A stretch of DNA of 64,000 bases, from positions 1-64,000 of IMG/VR virus record IMGVR_UViG_3300032323_002950, one strand, 5' to 3'. Shown one piece after another: positions 9,776 to 19,823 of the stretch. This stretch comes from a virus. Within the stretch, counting starts at the first letter, position 1; every line of letters begins with the position of its first letter. The position numbers were made by a program, and so were the translations under genes. Below the pieces are notes generated by a model. The model ran no database searches and had not been told where the DNA came from. It saw nothing but the letters and a program-made list of their open reading frames with translations.

Positions 9776-10736
9776 AATAATCTAACCAATAATTTATCAT
9801 TTCATCTAACATACTTTCAAATGTATATTCATGAGTCCATCCTGTGTGTTTGATTAATTTAGACGAATCACCTTTTAAATCACGTAATTCTTCTGGTCTT
9901 AAAAATTTTTCATCCTGTTTAATATATTCTGACCAATGAAGACCTAATCTGGTAAAAACATAGTTAACCAATTCTTTAACAGAATGAGAAATACCTGTTG
10001 CACAAACAAAATCATCAGGTTTATCTAATTGTAATATTTCCCACATTGCTTTAACGTAATCTTTAGCATGACCCCAATCTCTTGTTGCATCAAGATTACC
10101 TAATTTTAATTCATTAGATAACCCTAATTTAATTTTAACGGCTTCTTTACATACTTTATTGGTTATAAAGTTTGTTCCTCTTCTCGGTGATTCATGATTA
10201 AATAAAATTCCGTTTGATACAAACATACCGTAAGAATTACGATAATTACGACAAATATTATAACTGAACACTTTAGCACAACCATACGGTGAGACTGGAT
10301 TCATTGATGTTGTCTCCCTTTGAAATCCATCAAAATCTATTGAATTTCCAAACATTTCAGAAGATGAAGCCTGATAAATTTTAGTGTTAGGTTTAATAAG
10401 TTTTACAGCTTCTAAAAGATTTAAAGTTCCTAAACCAGTAACATTAGCGGTGTATATCGGTTGGTCAAATGAAATTCTAACATGAGATTGTGCCGCCAAA
10501 TTATAGATTTCATCAGGCATTACTTTTTGTATTACAGATATTAAAGAGGACATGTCTGTTAAATCTGCGTAATGTAATGTAATTTTATCATAAACATTAT
10601 TAAGTCGAGCAGTTTGATTTTCCGCAACTGAGTTTCTTTTTAACACCCCATGAACTTGGTATCCTTTTTCTAATAAAAATTCTGATAAATATGAACCATC
10701 TTGACCATTAATACCGGTTATAATTGCTTTTTTCAT
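9762..10736 (-). CDS. gmd: GDP-mannose 4,6-dehydratase
   Basis: ITGINGQDGSYL, YNLAAQSHV, YQASSSE, SPYGCAK, GILFNHESPRRG, LGNLDATRDWGHAKDY. Confidence 0.95.
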   Translation of the reverse strand: MKKAIITGINGQDGSYLSEFLLEKGYQVHGVLKRNSVAENQTARLNNVYDKITLHYADLTDMSSLISVIQKVMPDEIYNLAAQSHVRISFDQPIYTANVTGLGTLNLLEAVKLIKPNTKIYQASSSEMFGNSIDFDGFQRETTSMNPVSPYGCAKVFSYNICRNYRNSYGMFVSNGILFNHESPRRGTNFITNKVCKEAVKIKLGLSNELKLGNLDATRDWGHAKDYVKAMWEILQLDKPDDFVCATGISHSVKELVNYVFTRLGLHWSEYIKQDEKFLRPEELRDLKGDSSKLIKHTGWTHEYTFESMLDEMINYWLDYYGKK

Positions 10737-10773
10737 ATTTTACAATTTTTTATTTAAATCTAAATAAAACATA

Positions 10774-11565
10774 TTATTTTACGTTACTTAATATGTGCTC
10801 AATGACATTTTTGTGTGATTCATATGGTCTTGGTGAATGAAAATCAATATAAAATTCTGATTTAATAAGATTTACATCATAAATCATATTTGACCTATCT
10901 ATTCTCTCGTAATTACCATTAATCGGGGGGAGTTCAACCAAAGAGTTAGAATTTTTTAAAAGTTCTCCGGTATACATTTCCTCAGAACAAAACCACCCAT
11001 AATCGGAAGAAGCCATTCTATTTTCTGGATTACTATTAATATTATGGAACATTATTCCCCATTTTTTACTATTAAAAATTTCCATAACAACATCCTCAAA
11101 AGATTTATTTACGAATTTCAATTCCTCTTTAAAAATTTTTCCTTTGGCTACGTGGTAATAACCAGCTAAACCATCTAATCTATTTCTCCAATCTTTTCCG
11201 TAGGCGTAAGGGTTTAAATGAACATATTTATCATCACTAATATCCTTAATCCTGTTTTTAAAATGGTAATTTTGTAATGGGTATAAATCTAAGTCACCAA
11301 CCATCCAAGTAGTTTCCAGCTCTGTTAAAGTAAAATAAAATTTACCAATTAATGCCTGTATAATTGTGGGAACTCCATCTATTTTTTTAATAAATTCAAC
11401 CTCTCCGTGTTCACACTCGTATGAAGATATATCAGGGTTATCGCCAATGATAAATAATTTAGAATTAAAATTTAGTTTTTCTTTAAAATGCTTACTTATC
11501 GAAAACCAAAATGATTTATAGTGAGGATTATCATCAATTGTAAAAATTACTTTTTCAATATTCAT
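10774..11565 (-). CDS. Putative glycosyltransferase / hypothetical
   Basis: GDLDL DxD motif; cluster context. Confidence 0.45.
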   Translation of the reverse strand: MNIEKVIFTIDDNPHYKSFWFSISKHFKEKLNFNSKLFIIGDNPDISSYECEHGEVEFIKKIDGVPTIIQALIGKFYFTLTELETTWMVGDLDLYPLQNYHFKNRIKDISDDKYVHLNPYAYGKDWRNRLDGLAGYYHVAKGKIFKEELKFVNKSFEDVVMEIFNSKKWGIMFHNINSNPENRMASSDYGWFCSEEMYTGELLKNSNSLVELPPINGNYERIDRSNMIYDVNLIKSEFYIDFHSPRPYESHKNVIEHILSNVK

Positions 11566-11647
11566 ATTTAATTTATTTGTTTATTTATTTGTTTATTTAT
11601 TTTATGTGATAATGTAATTAAATGACATAAAAAGTATATTTATAACA

Positions 11648-12364
11648 TCAATCTTTACAAAATGTTTCAAATCCTTTAACTTTGTTGTACCAAATTAATT
11701 TTGAATCAATTGACATTGATTTTTTAAATTTATATAAAACATCCATACAAAAATCATAGTCATACGAAATAATTCTGTTTTCATTCCATTCAATATGTTT
11801 AAGTACTTCTCTTTTTATTGTTGTTGGTCCTCCACATATCCAGAAATCTAACATTCCTGAATATGAAGAGTGTTTAATATTTTGGTCTCTTTCATTTACA
11901 TTAGTAATACCGGAAAAATGTAAATCATATAGTTCATCAAAACCTACAAATTTTATATCTTTTAAATTTATATTTTTGAATTCAGTTTCATATTGAAAAG
12001 AATGATTTAAATGTAGGATATCAAAATTTTTAAAAAAATATTTTATTATTTCAATTCTTTGTGGGTGAGGTATGTCATCTGAATCATGATAACTAATCAA
12101 TTCATTTTCTGCAAATTTTGAGCCATTACCTCTATTAGGACCTTCTAAAAGAATGAATTCATTTTTAATTATTTTTAAACTTTCAAATGATTTGAAATAT
12201 TTTGTTTCTAAATTTTGAATGTCTATTGGATTTATAAAATTTGAGTTTGATACTGAAATAATCACTTCGTCTGGTTTTTCAGTTCCTAATTCATAATTTT
12301 TTAAAATACAATCCAAAAATCTAAAATGATTTGGTGTTGTTGGTATTACTAAAGATAGTTTCAT
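11648..12364 (-). CDS. GT2-like glycosyltransferase
   Basis: LSLVIPT, PDEVII, NRGNG, YHDSDDIPHPQRIE, YDYDF. Confidence 0.75.
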   Translation of the reverse strand: MKLSLVIPTTPNHFRFLDCILKNYELGTEKPDEVIISVSNSNFINPIDIQNLETKYFKSFESLKIIKNEFILLEGPNRGNGSKFAENELISYHDSDDIPHPQRIEIIKYFFKNFDILHLNHSFQYETEFKNINLKDIKFVGFDELYDLHFSGITNVNERDQNIKHSSYSGMLDFWICGGPTTIKREVLKHIEWNENRIISYDYDFCMDVLYKFKKSMSIDSKLIWYNKVKGFETFCKD

Positions 12365-12365
12365 A

Positions 12366-13124
12366 TTATTGGTAGTTAAATGTATTAGGATAATGTAAAT
12401 TTTTCAATATATTTTCAGAATATTTTAATGTTAATGGATGAAATATATTACCATTTATAACCGCCCATTTTATTGGATAATTAGATAATTGATTAGTAAT
12501 TGGGTTTATATGTCCATTTGAATCTCTTGGGAATTGGGCTGGAAATCTTTTTAAACTTTCTAAGTACCCATCCATTTTTTCATTTAAAGCGTTCCACCAA
12601 TCATTAGTAAACGGAGTATTTTTTTTAAAAATAAAACACCCATTACCAATTAACTTATCCCAATTACTTTTAATAATTGATGAATCCCATCTATCACCAT
12701 CATTGGAAATAGAAAAATCTCTACAAAATTTAGAATTTTTTGGATTTAATGTACAATTTTCTAAAACTGCAATGTGTCCTGGGTCAAGTTCCCGATAACC
12801 AACCCCATATAAATTATCTTTACCATATAATAAATCAAAAAAAGAAACCCAAGAACCTGATGTTTTTTTTATATCACTATATCCTCCACCATAATGATGC
12901 ATAAAATAACACTTTAAATAATCTCCTTGTTGTATTTCAGATAAATATTTAAATCCCTCATGTAATGGATAATTTGGTAAAACATAACTTGGGAGAGTTT
13001 TTTTAGTTATTAATTCAACATTACATTTTGATACGTCTAATAAGTTATCTAATGATTTTTTTCTGTTATCTGACATCTCCTCATCATTCATCCACCAACA
13101 GTATATTGTATATTTATTACTCAT
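12366..13124 (-). CDS. GT32/OCH1-like DxD glycosyltransferase
   Basis: DYLKCYFMHHYGGGYSDIK resembles the GT32 D..R...L..YGG.Y.D motif. Confidence 0.65.
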   Translation of the reverse strand: MSNKYTIYCWWMNDEEMSDNRKKSLDNLLDVSKCNVELITKKTLPSYVLPNYPLHEGFKYLSEIQQGDYLKCYFMHHYGGGYSDIKKTSGSWVSFFDLLYGKDNLYGVGYRELDPGHIAVLENCTLNPKNSKFCRDFSISNDGDRWDSSIIKSNWDKLIGNGCFIFKKNTPFTNDWWNALNEKMDGYLESLKRFPAQFPRDSNGHINPITNQLSNYPIKWAVINGNIFHPLTLKYSENILKNLHYPNTFNYQ

Positions 13125-13125
13125 A

Positions 13126-13749
13126 TTATTTATTTTTGTGATTTATCCATACTTCATTACACCCAATTACCATATCAAACTCAAAACCATTAGATATCAT
13201 TATATCTCTACATTCTTGATTTTTTTCTAAATTATAATCAGACATCTCAATTAAAATAACATATATTGGAATTGACCAATCGTAAGATTTTAAAACTTCA
13301 AGCTCCCCCCCTTCAACATCCAAGCTTAAAAAATCAACTTTATTTATTTTTTTATTAATTTGTGTAACATCATTAAGTATTGATTTAAGTGTTACACTTT
13401 TAATAATTTTTGAATCATCTCGATTAATATTCCACCCATTAATATGTTGGTCACTCATTAAATTTTTAATACCTCCTAATGCCCCATCTCCAATAAACTC
13501 AACAAAATCATTTTTTTGCGAAATTGCAACATTATAACAATAAGAGTTAGGTCTATTGTGACGTAAAATATTAATATTATAATTTGGCTCAATTAAAATA
13601 CCTGACCACCCTAAATTTAATTCAAAAAAATAAGTGTTTGAGTATTGAATTCCGTCCATAGCCCCTAACTCAATAAAAAAACCATTATTATAATTTAAAT
13701 ATTTTTGAAATAAAATTTCATCTTCTTTTTGTTGACTATAAAAATTCAT
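13126..13749 (-). CDS. FkbM-family methyltransferase
   Basis: YSQ, FIELGAMDG..SNT, GWSGILIEP, VDFLSLDVEGGELEVL. Confidence 0.88.
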   Translation of the reverse strand: MNFYSQQKEDEILFQKYLNYNNGFFIELGAMDGIQYSNTYFFELNLGWSGILIEPNYNINILRHNRPNSYCYNVAISQKNDFVEFIGDGALGGIKNLMSDQHINGWNINRDDSKIIKSVTLKSILNDVTQINKKINKVDFLSLDVEGGELEVLKSYDWSIPIYVILIEMSDYNLEKNQECRDIMISNGFEFDMVIGCNEVWINHKNK

Positions 13750-14602
13750 ATTTTTGTTTTATTTTTTCAATTATTAAATTGGCTCGAGATTCAAAGGAAT
13801 GGTCATTTAGTATTTTACTTTTAGCAAGTTTTGCAATTTTTTCCCTTTCATCTTCATTTGATAAATAATAATTTTTTTTATTTTCAAAATCATCATCATT
13901 TACGTATATCATTTTAAGTATGTTTTCATCATTCTGAATCATTTCTACAAAATCTTCATTGTAATTACTTAGCATAAAACTACCCGAGGCAATAATCTCA
14001 AGCATTTTTGCATTTAAATCGTAAGACATGGATTTGTTAAAACATATTTTAGATTTTTTCATTTCTTTTATATAATCTTCACCATATGCCTGAATGTGTT
14101 TTATTCCATATTTACTAATCATTCGTTCCCTTTCTGGGGTCAGTCCACCAATAAATGAAATATCATATTCTTTATCAATAGGGGTGTCGTTTGAGTATCT
14201 TTTTTTGGAAATTCCATATGGGAACCAAAATTTTTCACCATTAATATTATACCTGTCAATGTCACGTCTATTGTTAAATCCAACAAAATCAATATTACAA
14301 TAATTAATAAATGGTTCAAAATTTAATAAATGAGTATCAATTGCCCAAAACATTTTTGGGATTGTAATGGATTTCCAATCCCACCATTGCCATCCTGAAG
14401 ACTGAGGGTAGTTTTCAGTGATTAAAACAAAATCATAATTATTTATTTTATTTGGTATTTCAGTTTCAGGGTAATCGGCGTTTGGGCCAAATACATCACA
14501 ATTATGACCTAAATTTTGAAATGCGTATTTGAATTCATACCCTTCTTTCCAGTCTTCATTTGGTCTACCTTTAAGTAGTAAATCTGCAATTAATATATTC
14601 AT
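13736..14602 (-). CDS. CgeB-like GT-B glycosyltransferase
   Basis: YDISFIG, SKICFN, LNAKMLEIIASGSFML, EREKIAK...HSF..R. Confidence 0.75.
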   Translation of the reverse strand: MNILIADLLLKGRPNEDWKEGYEFKYAFQNLGHNCDVFGPNADYPETEIPNKINNYDFVLITENYPQSSGWQWWDWKSITIPKMFWAIDTHLLNFEPFINYCNIDFVGFNNRRDIDRYNINGEKFWFPYGISKKRYSNDTPIDKEYDISFIGGLTPERERMISKYGIKHIQAYGEDYIKEMKKSKICFNKSMSYDLNAKMLEIIASGSFMLSNYNEDFVEMIQNDENILKMIYVNDDDFENKKNYYLSNEDEREKIAKLAKSKILNDHSFESRANLIIEKIKQKYEFL

Positions 14603-15249
14603 AAAAATTTAAAGTATTCTGTATGTCTATTATTTTTTTCGTCAAAAACATCACCAACAAATTCTTTATTTTGTCTTTCTGATGGAAATTTTTTTGAATT
14701 TGGTTCTACTTTGAAAAAAGAATCGTGAGTAAAACAATTATTTATTATTTTTGGATAAACTATTTCTCTAAGAAAATTTTGGTCAACCTGCCAAAAATCT
14801 CCTTTTATATACCCATTAATTAATTCATCAATATTATTTAAAATACCATTTCTACATCCCCACATTCCTCCTAAAATTTCTGTTGTGTGATATGGATGGT
14901 CTCTCATAATGTGAAAATCTTTATCAGAATTTAACCACTCGTCTACTGCCAATTTTTCTCTTAAACTTAAACGACTATCCGTATCTCTGGATAACATTAC
15001 ACCACTATCCTTACACGCTGAAAATCTCCAAAACATTCCAGTCCAATCTCCGTCTTCATCCATAATTATCACCTCAGTATTAGGTATATTTCTAAGGGAT
15101 TCAATTATATTTGAAGGAACACTTTTTCCACAATAAAATCTACCTATCCACCCATTATAAATTTGATTAACTAATTTAGCATTTTCAATCGCCCCAATTG
15201 TATATTTTGGGTTATCTCCCCATAATGAAAAACTAATTATTTTTTTCAT
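14599..15249 (-). CDS. Putative GT-A-like protein (ISFSLWG family), paralog of 33311..33982
   Basis: KKIISFSLWGDNPKY, MFWRF, SRDTDSRL, MRDHPYH, GGMWG, DQNFL. Confidence 0.55.
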   Translation of the reverse strand: MKKIISFSLWGDNPKYTIGAIENAKLVNQIYNGWIGRFYCGKSVPSNIIESLRNIPNTEVIIMDEDGDWTGMFWRFSACKDSGVMLSRDTDSRLSLREKLAVDEWLNSDKDFHIMRDHPYHTTEILGGMWGCRNGILNNIDELINGYIKGDFWQVDQNFLREIVYPKIINNCFTHDSFFKVEPNSKKFPSERQNKEFVGDVFDEKNNRHTEYFKFL

Positions 15250-15908
15250 AAACCAAAATTAATTGATTTATTCCTTATGTAAATATTTTTATCATAACCC
15301 TCATTATTATAATTTAATACATGGATATTATCTTTATCACCAAACCCCCAGTCAGGATGCTCGTGTTTTATTATTACCTCATCTATAAAAACTTGTTTAC
15401 CTAAAATATTTGCAACATCGGTAAATTCATTATCACACCAAGTAGATAGATATTCTGGGTTATATATGTAGTTAAATCTTTCATAATATTTTTTTCCTAA
15501 AATACATAAGGTATTTAAATCTTTTCTATTTCCATCGGCAAACCACAATACCCCATCAGTATCAGGAAAATGTTTTTTCATATTATCTCTAATAATTTCA
15601 TCATAACCTTTAATTTTAGGTATCATATCATCAGAGGCTAATAAAACTATGTCCCAATCATTATCAGTATCCATATCTCGATTAACGGCATCTATTTTAG
15701 ATTTACTACTTCCAAAAATAAATTTAGTATTTTTAAATGATGATAAAATATCAATAACATCATTGTTATTCATTTCACTATCATCAGTATCTAATGTAAT
15801 TAAAAATTTAACATTTGATATGTCTGAACATAAATTTTGATATTGTTTTAAAACATTAAAAAATTTATGTTTTCTACCTCTAGTTGGGAACTTTATTAAA
15901 ATTTTCAT
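15246..15908 (-). CDS. GT-A-fold glycosyltransferase-like protein
   Basis: PTRGR, AVNR, LLASDDM, CDNEF, IKHEH. Confidence 0.65.
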   Translation of the reverse strand: MKILIKFPTRGRKHKFFNVLKQYQNLCSDISNVKFLITLDTDDSEMNNNDVIDILSSFKNTKFIFGSSKSKIDAVNRDMDTDNDWDIVLLASDDMIPKIKGYDEIIRDNMKKHFPDTDGVLWFADGNRKDLNTLCILGKKYYERFNYIYNPEYLSTWCDNEFTDVANILGKQVFIDEVIIKHEHPDWGFGDKDNIHVLNYNNEGYDKNIYIRNKSINFGL

Positions 15909-17277
15909 TAAAATTTTTACTTATTATTTTATTATATAATTCTTGTTGATTTTTGTTTGCTTCTGTTGAAACAGTTCCATCGTTTTCATGGTGAAAATAA
16001 TTAAACAAAGGTTTTGGTATTCTCTTACCAGTATACCCATTTTTACCCATTCTAATCCATAAATCATAATCTTCCCATCCTTTTAATGTTTCATCATATC
16101 CTCCACATTTATCAAAAGATTCTTTGTGGAACATAGAACAATTAACAATAAATGGACCTTGTATTAATCTATCAATTGACCACTCAGGTCTTTGCTCAAC
16201 TCCTTGTAATTCACCAATATGGTTTGTGTCACAATATACTGGACTAATATTTTTATTATTTTTAAGTATATTAACACAATTTTGAATATATTCAGGGTGT
16301 ATAGTGTCATCCGCGTCTAACGGTAATATGAAATCTCCATTTGAATTTTTAATTCCATTGTTTCTTGCTGAAGACGGACCTGAATTTTCTTGGGAAATAA
16401 CTGTAATATTTGAGTGTCCATGCAGACTATCCAATTTTAATTTCACGTATTCATCATTTGACCCATCATCAACAATTATGATTTCAAAATTTTTATATGT
16501 AGAATCAAATACTGATTGTAATGTCTTTTCAAATTGAACCCCATAATTGTATATCGGTATTACTACGGATACTAATGGGATTTTTTCATTTATTTTATAA
16601 ATTGGGTATTCAGATTTAAGTTTAATTGGTAAATTATTTTTAAATTGATTAACAAATTTAATTCTATTTTCTTCCCATTGTTGGTTTGTCATACCAATGG
16701 ATAAATGGGTAATTGGTACATTTGATATTGTCCCAATTTTTACATCCTGTAAAAAATTTTCAATACAAAATGTTGTATCATAAAAATGAAACCCACTGAT
16801 GGACTCGTTAAAATTGGACTTTATATTTGTTTTATTAATTGCAATAAACAAACCATCAACAATAACTGTATTAAGTATTTTACTTCCAAATGGTTTATTA
16901 TATTCCGATAACCATTTTTTACCCTGATGTTGGTGATAAACCTGACCAACCATTTCTCCTTGTATATCCCACCATCTACCACTAGATGGGTAGTATGTTG
17001 TTCCAGCAACCCCTAATATCCCGTAATCCGAGTGTTTATCAAAATGTTCTAAAATTCTTTTAGCCCAATATGACTTTTCAAATAAAATATCGTCGTGACA
17101 TAGTACGACAATATTATTTGATGACTCATTTAAAATTTCATTATAAACTTGGGATAATGATTTTGTACCAGGATTAACTTTTTCAATTATCTCACAATCT
17201 TTAATCCCACATGTTGAAATTAGATAATTTTTAAAATCAGGTTTGGTAGATTTTGTACTATACCCTATCGTTATCAT
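15880..17277 (-). CDS. Two-domain GT2 glycosyltransferase
   Basis: N-domain LCHDDI, VDGLF, GFHFYD; C-domain VSVVIP, VDDGS, GPSSARN, LDADD, WEDYDLW. Confidence 0.88.
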   Translation of the reverse strand: MITIGYSTKSTKPDFKNYLISTCGIKDCEIIEKVNPGTKSLSQVYNEILNESSNNIVVLCHDDILFEKSYWAKRILEHFDKHSDYGILGVAGTTYYPSSGRWWDIQGEMVGQVYHQHQGKKWLSEYNKPFGSKILNTVIVDGLFIAINKTNIKSNFNESISGFHFYDTTFCIENFLQDVKIGTISNVPITHLSIGMTNQQWEENRIKFVNQFKNNLPIKLKSEYPIYKINEKIPLVSVVIPIYNYGVQFEKTLQSVFDSTYKNFEIIIVDDGSNDEYVKLKLDSLHGHSNITVISQENSGPSSARNNGIKNSNGDFILPLDADDTIHPEYIQNCVNILKNNKNISPVYCDTNHIGELQGVEQRPEWSIDRLIQGPFIVNCSMFHKESFDKCGGYDETLKGWEDYDLWIRMGKNGYTGKRIPKPLFNYFHHENDGTVSTEANKNQQELYNKIISKNFNENFNKVPN

Positions 17278-17858
17278 ATTCCCGTACTTCCAAAACCATT
17301 ATTACCCCTTTCGGTATTTCCTAATTTTTCAACCTTCTCTAAATTTATCCATCTACCTGTAACACATCTTGCAACAACTGCTTGTGCAATTTTCATACCT
17401 CGTGTAATTGTAAATGGTTCAGGGTTTGTATTAAACACGATAACTTTGACTTCTCCATTATAACCCTCATCTATTGTTCCAGGAGTGTTTAAAACAGTTA
17501 ATCCATGATTTAGGGCTAACCCACTTTTAGGTCTTACCTGTATTTCAAAATCCTGAGGGATTTGAAAACTAATTCCTGTTGGTATTAACATTCTACCAAA
17601 TGCGGGAATGGTGTATTCATCTGAGGAGTATAAATCAAATCCGCTATCGGAGTCGTAATTATACATTAAATTTTTACCTGTTGAGGAAGTATACTTTAAA
17701 GTTACTTTTTCAGAAGACATCTGCTCCATATCCCTCTCTAACTGTTCTAAATCAATACCTAACTTATCGGTTATTTTTTTGTACATATCCCCATAATTTG
17801 CATCCTGAGATAAATCGGGTATAATTTTGTTTAATTCTGACATAAATTCATCTTTCAT
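17274..17858 (-). CDS. dut: Trimeric dUTPase
   Basis: SGFDL, VRPKSGLA, GTIDEGYNGE, KIAQ, RGNNGFGSTG. Confidence 0.93.
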   Translation of the reverse strand: MKDEFMSELNKIIPDLSQDANYGDMYKKITDKLGIDLEQLERDMEQMSSEKVTLKYTSSTGKNLMYNYDSDSGFDLYSSDEYTIPAFGRMLIPTGISFQIPQDFEIQVRPKSGLALNHGLTVLNTPGTIDEGYNGEVKVIVFNTNPEPFTITRGMKIAQAVVARCVTGRWINLEKVEKLGNTERGNNGFGSTGI

Positions 17859-18553
17859 AATGACATAATTTTTGTTACTACGTTTATTAATACTTCTACA
17901 TCTTTTTCACAATACTCTTGGATTTCATCATATTTGTTTTCAAACCAAAAAGCGTCGTGGACTTTATTTCCTGTGACTTCCATGTTCTTTGAGCTTTCAA
18001 TACCCAAAGAAATACACATTAGTTCTAATGAAGAGATTGCCCCAAACTGACCATATTGCCATACTTCTTTTGTATCAATTGCTTTAATTTCCCATGGCTT
18101 TGTATCATACGATGGTAATATTGCCGATGGGAGTATTCCATTAACTAACATTTTTTTTGCAAGAACTGGAATATCAAAGTTCTTTATATTGTGACCACAA
18201 AGAATGAACCCTAACTTGTCAACTCGATTTAATAATGAATTAACATCTTTAAGTAATTGTTCTTCATCGGAATTAAAGAAACTTTGTTTTTTAACTTCAC
18301 CCTTTGGGTCAACAAATCCAACAGAAACACAAACAATTTTTAAAAATTCTGGAACAAGCGCCGCTCTGTTAACAAAAACTTCTTCCTTTGGTTTTTCAGA
18401 ATCCTCAGGAAATCTTTTATGGAACCAATCCAAATAGTTTTCAAATTGGTAAGAAAGTGCGGGATAGTCCCGTTGGAAATTTTCAAAATTACTAGAAACA
18501 CCAACGGTTTCAATATCCAAAAATAAAATCTTGTGTAACGGATGTTTTATCAT
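17855..18553 (-). CDS. Stand-alone PolB-type 3'-5' exonuclease (DnaQ-like)
   Basis: LFLDIETV, GHNIKNFDIP, YCEKDV (DEDDy). Confidence 0.85.
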   Translation of the reverse strand: MIKHPLHKILFLDIETVGVSSNFENFQRDYPALSYQFENYLDWFHKRFPEDSEKPKEEVFVNRAALVPEFLKIVCVSVGFVDPKGEVKKQSFFNSDEEQLLKDVNSLLNRVDKLGFILCGHNIKNFDIPVLAKKMLVNGILPSAILPSYDTKPWEIKAIDTKEVWQYGQFGAISSLELMCISLGIESSKNMEVTGNKVHDAFWFENKYDEIQEYCEKDVEVLINVVTKIMSL

Positions 18554-19764
18554 ATAATTGATTTATAAAATTCTGCTCTATTTTTTGTAACCACTCTTAG
18601 GTCGTATCTTTCAGATACGTGTTCAAATAATCTTTCACCCATATCCTTAACCATATTTGGATTATCAATTAATTTTTTAATGTATTTTGACCAATCCGAA
18701 TGGTTTCTTTGTTCATCAACCAACAATGCGTTACCGTCAACAAAATTACCATTTTTTAAGCAATGTGTCAAGTCAATGGTGTACGGTCCATAGTTTGATG
18801 CAATTAAAGCCTTCTTATAAAATCCTGCCTCAATAACTTTCAATTGAGATTTAACCTTATTAAATGTATGGTGTTTAATTGGTGCGATTGAGACATCAAA
18901 TTTAGAGTAGTTTTTTGCGTATGATGTAACAGGTTTTGTCCAAACTCTTAAATAATGTTTATCCATCTCATTCTCGTAAGATGTGTTTTCAAACTTCATT
19001 AAATAGTTTTTATAATCCTCATCGACTATTGAGTAGTTGTTTGTGAATATTTTTTCATACTCATACCAAACACTCTCATGTGGTTTAATTGGTCTTTGTT
19101 TTTGTTCACCTGTCTGTTGATTAATCTCAGTGATTGTTCCTCTTGTATCAAACCCACACAAAACAAATTGTAATTTGTCTTTTTTATCATTCAATTTAGC
19201 AACCATTCCATCAAGTAACATTAAATCATGTAAGTGAGATGAACCACCTAACCAACCAACTCTTAATCTATCAGACTCAGGAGTTTTTTCTTTGAACTGA
19301 GATTCATTTGGGTCAATTGCATTTGGGAAAATGAATACATTTGGATTGTGTTTCATTATCTCATCTGCAAATAATGTTGTGGTTGTTGTTACATATTTTG
19401 CTGCTTTAATGTTAGCGACAATTTTTTCATGAATTTTATTGGTAACAATAATTTGATGAAGTGGATGCTCTTTTCCTGGTAACCAATAATCATCAATATC
19501 ACAGATGGTTATGATACCTTGTGAATTTAAGTAATTGATTACGTCAACTGACTTATCCATATCTTGTCCAATACTTCTATGGAAGTGAACAATGGGATAC
19601 TGTTTCCAAAAATTAATATCATTAAAATCGATATCATATACAATATCGACATGAAATTCATCAGGATATAGATTTTGTAAAAAAATGTGAGGGTCGACAG
19701 ACCTAAATTTACCAACACCAGTACGGTCAGATGGGACAACTAAAACTTTAATTTTTTCTTTCAT
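18550..19764 (-). CDS. GT-B (GT4-like) glycosyltransferase
   Basis: DIDDYW, PNAID, VGWLGGSSH..D, IAP...FN..KSQLKVIEAG. Confidence 0.8.
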   Translation of the reverse strand: MKEKIKVLVVPSDRTGVGKFRSVDPHIFLQNLYPDEFHVDIVYDIDFNDINFWKQYPIVHFHRSIGQDMDKSVDVINYLNSQGIITICDIDDYWLPGKEHPLHQIIVTNKIHEKIVANIKAAKYVTTTTTLFADEIMKHNPNVFIFPNAIDPNESQFKEKTPESDRLRVGWLGGSSHLHDLMLLDGMVAKLNDKKDKLQFVLCGFDTRGTITEINQQTGEQKQRPIKPHESVWYEYEKIFTNNYSIVDEDYKNYLMKFENTSYENEMDKHYLRVWTKPVTSYAKNYSKFDVSIAPIKHHTFNKVKSQLKVIEAGFYKKALIASNYGPYTIDLTHCLKNGNFVDGNALLVDEQRNHSDWSKYIKKLIDNPNMVKDMGERLFEHVSERYDLRVVTKNRAEFYKSII

Positions 19765-19783
19765 AATTGTTTTCTATTCAACA

Positions 19784-19811
19784 ATTATAAAGAAATAAAA
19801 ATAAAATTCAA
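19784..19811 (-). promoter_or_regulatory. Candidate sigma70-type promoter TTGAAT-N16-TATAAT for the leftward GT/dUTPase/PhoH operon
   Basis: On + strand ATTCAA 19806-19811 and ATTATA 19784-19789, 19 nt upstream of the ATG at 19764. Confidence 0.45.
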
Positions 19812-19823
19812 TTAAAAGTCAGA

